Origin: a virus
Taxonomy: Duplodnaviria; Caudoviricetes
IMG/VR virus record: IMGVR_UViG_3300030395_000077
Coordinates: 1 to 26,180 of that record
Direction: 5' to 3' (one strand)
DNA: 26,180 bases
The position numbers were made by a program, and so were the translations under genes. Under the pieces are notes generated by a model. That model was not told the origin of the DNA. It made no database searches and saw nothing but the letters and a program-made list of their open reading frames with translations. Below are positions 24,800 through 26,180 of the stretch, in pieces (position 1 is the stretch's first letter; each line of letters opens with the position of its first letter).

Positions 24800-25182
24800 T
24801 ACTTTCTCCTCACAAACTGCTTGTACCCTTTCACACCGAAAGAGGCACTTATTGCGATACCCAAGCTGTAAAAATACCAGTCCGGTGCTTTGTGAAGCTG
24901 TTCAAAGCCTCTGTCCACAATACCCTCTGCACCCGGCACGAATGCTAAAATTAATGGGATTGACAGCACAATTACAAAAAATTCGTCTTTCCAGCTCGAA
25001 CCGCTGTTCTCCGCCATGATACGTTCCCAATCAGCCACAGACGTTTTCTCAGATAATAATATCTTGGCTTTCGCCTCGGCCTCAGTAAGTTTTAGCTTTG
25101 CTTCTGCAGCTTGCTTTGTAGTCTTTGCATCGAGCCAACTACTTGCTAGACCTGCGACTGGTCCTAATAACTGCCCAATCAT
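24799..25182 (-). CDS. Holin (3-TM, GTA-holin-like)
   Basis: Amphipathic N-terminus, coiled coil, SWKDEF + TM (FVIVLSIPLILAFVP), PDWY + TM (SLGIAISASFGVKG), basic C-terminus; directly upstream of the endolysin. Confidence 0.8.
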   Translation of the reverse strand: MIGQLLGPVAGLASSWLDAKTTKQAAEAKLKLTEAEAKAKILLSEKTSVADWERIMAENSGSSWKDEFFVIVLSIPLILAFVPGAEGIVDRGFEQLHKAPDWYFYSLGIAISASFGVKGYKQFVRRK

Positions 25183-25811
25183 ATTAGTCCTCCTAAATAA
25201 TAACGTAAGGCCATAAGCCCACCTTCAGCTAACGCTGGGGTTTCAACAGCACCTTGTGACGAATACATCTCTTCATCTGGGTTCATCTGGCCTTTACCAA
25301 ATAGATTAAGCAAAGCACCGCCTATACCGCCGCTATTCACAAACCCCATTATCCCTCTGTCTAGACCGATGTTAGTACCTGCAGGGCCAAGACTTCTCTC
25401 TTGTGCATATGATCCTAAAGGACGCGCACCTATTAGATTGTTAGAAAACCCACCTATACCTGTATATATACCTTGGTTAAAGTTAGGATCGACACCTCGC
25501 ATTGCATCAAATTCGGCTTGAGATACATATCCGTCACCATCTTGATCATACTTCTTGCCGCCAACGTTGACGCGTCTCAGATCTCTAGAAGAGAACATAG
25601 CTCCACTGAGTCCGGGACCACCACCGTCTATTGTATCTCTAAACCCTGTATATTTAGGCCCACCCGCTCTCGACATAGCAGCATGTGTGTCTTTAAGAGG
25701 ATTAGGTTTACCTAAGAAGTCATAATGTTTTTGGATTTGTCTTCTGTGCTGCTCAAACTTTGCTTGTGGCCCTTTGGGACTATACCCCTTTGGCCCTGCT
25801 CCTCTACTCAT
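25179..25811 (-). CDS. Gly-rich hypothetical protein with one EF-hand loop and a C-terminal LAEGG motif
   Basis: DQDGDGYVSQAE canonical loop; ATGA overlaps with both neighbours. Confidence 0.75.
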   Translation of the reverse strand: MSRGAGPKGYSPKGPQAKFEQHRRQIQKHYDFLGKPNPLKDTHAAMSRAGGPKYTGFRDTIDGGGPGLSGAMFSSRDLRRVNVGGKKYDQDGDGYVSQAEFDAMRGVDPNFNQGIYTGIGGFSNNLIGARPLGSYAQERSLGPAGTNIGLDRGIMGFVNSGGIGGALLNLFGKGQMNPDEEMYSSQGAVETPALAEGGLMALRYYLGGLI

Positions 25812-26116
25812 TGTCCTTTACCACCCATGTTTGTGAATCCGAAATACGCTGCTGTTACGCCCGACACAGCAACCACATACACCGCAGCTATATCTGCAAG
25901 GAGATTAGACGCCTGTTCTAGACCTAACCAAGACGCCAAAACTATAAGAAGAGGATACGCCAACATGCCGCTCAATGCGAACCATGTCATGCGAAGCTGT
26001 GCGTCCCTTTTTGCGTCTGCATCTTCCATCATACGGCGGCGGTCTTCGAGCATTATTTGACGCTCATCTGGATCAATTTTTCCGTTATCGTTTAGATCGT
26101 ATTTTTGCTTGGGCAT
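25808..26116 (-). CDS. Small 2-TM membrane protein (holin/antiholin-like) with an N-terminal EF-hand loop
   Basis: AGGAG RBS; DLNDNGKIDPDE loop; TMs WFALSGMLAYPLLIVLASWL and IAAVYVVAVSGVTAAYFGF. Confidence 0.8.
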   Translation of the reverse strand: MPKQKYDLNDNGKIDPDERQIMLEDRRRMMEDADAKRDAQLRMTWFALSGMLAYPLLIVLASWLGLEQASNLLADIAAVYVVAVSGVTAAYFGFTNMGGKGQ

Positions 26117-26180
26117 TTGCGTACTCCTGACATATTCTTCTATTATACCCTAAAATAATTAATCGTCCATTTTTATCATA
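26085..26180 (-). CDS. 3' end of a truncated hypothetical protein (...YDKNGRLIILGYNRRICQEYANAQAKIRSKR*)
   Basis: Open frame from the window edge to TAA ending at 26085; overlaps the start of the 102-aa gene. Confidence 0.5.
   Translation of the reverse strand, partial: YDKNGRLIILGYNRRICQEYANAQAKIRSKR

Noticed and set aside
13937-26060. Plus-strand ORFs opposite the late genes (e.g. 13937..14371, 21039..21515)
   Set aside because: They are antisense shadows with no start signals or recognisable motifs.
1-26180. tRNA genes, stop-codon reassignment, diversity-generating retroelement
   Set aside because: I saw no cloverleaf with a TΨC motif in the intergenic gaps, genes are intact under the standard bacterial code, and there is no reverse transcriptase or template/variable repeat pair.

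Overview
This is part of a tailed dsDNA bacteriophage genome, most likely a marine podovirus-like phage. A weak inference from promoter style and a motif suggests an alphaproteobacterial (Roseobacter-like) host. Two gene blocks converge on an intrinsic terminator at about 12476-12503. The + strand (1-12406) carries small early hypothetical genes and then a replication module: VRR-NUC nuclease, HTH-DUF6378 fusion, family A DNA polymerase (Leu762 type), Cas4/AddB-like PD-(D/E)XK nuclease, HNH-like basic protein, SNF2 helicase, HTH protein, SSB and AEP-primase/DUF927 helicase. The - strand (12502-26180) carries the end of the late region: two EF-hand-loop proteins, a 3-TM holin, a GH19 endolysin, a GNAT-like protein and several probable internal virion/ejection proteins, including a 2098-aa protein with a zincin HEXXH motif. 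No capsid, portal, terminase, integrase, tRNA or CRISPR array is visible. The most unusual observations are a probable overprinted gene with its own RBS inside the giant protein, a repeated 18-bp intergenic palindrome, a palindromic bidirectional promoter with a candidate antisense sRNA, an EF-hand pair beside the lysis cassette, and a shared [ML]-[AQ]-E-G-G motif in late proteins. All family calls are from motif recognition by eye; no searches were run.
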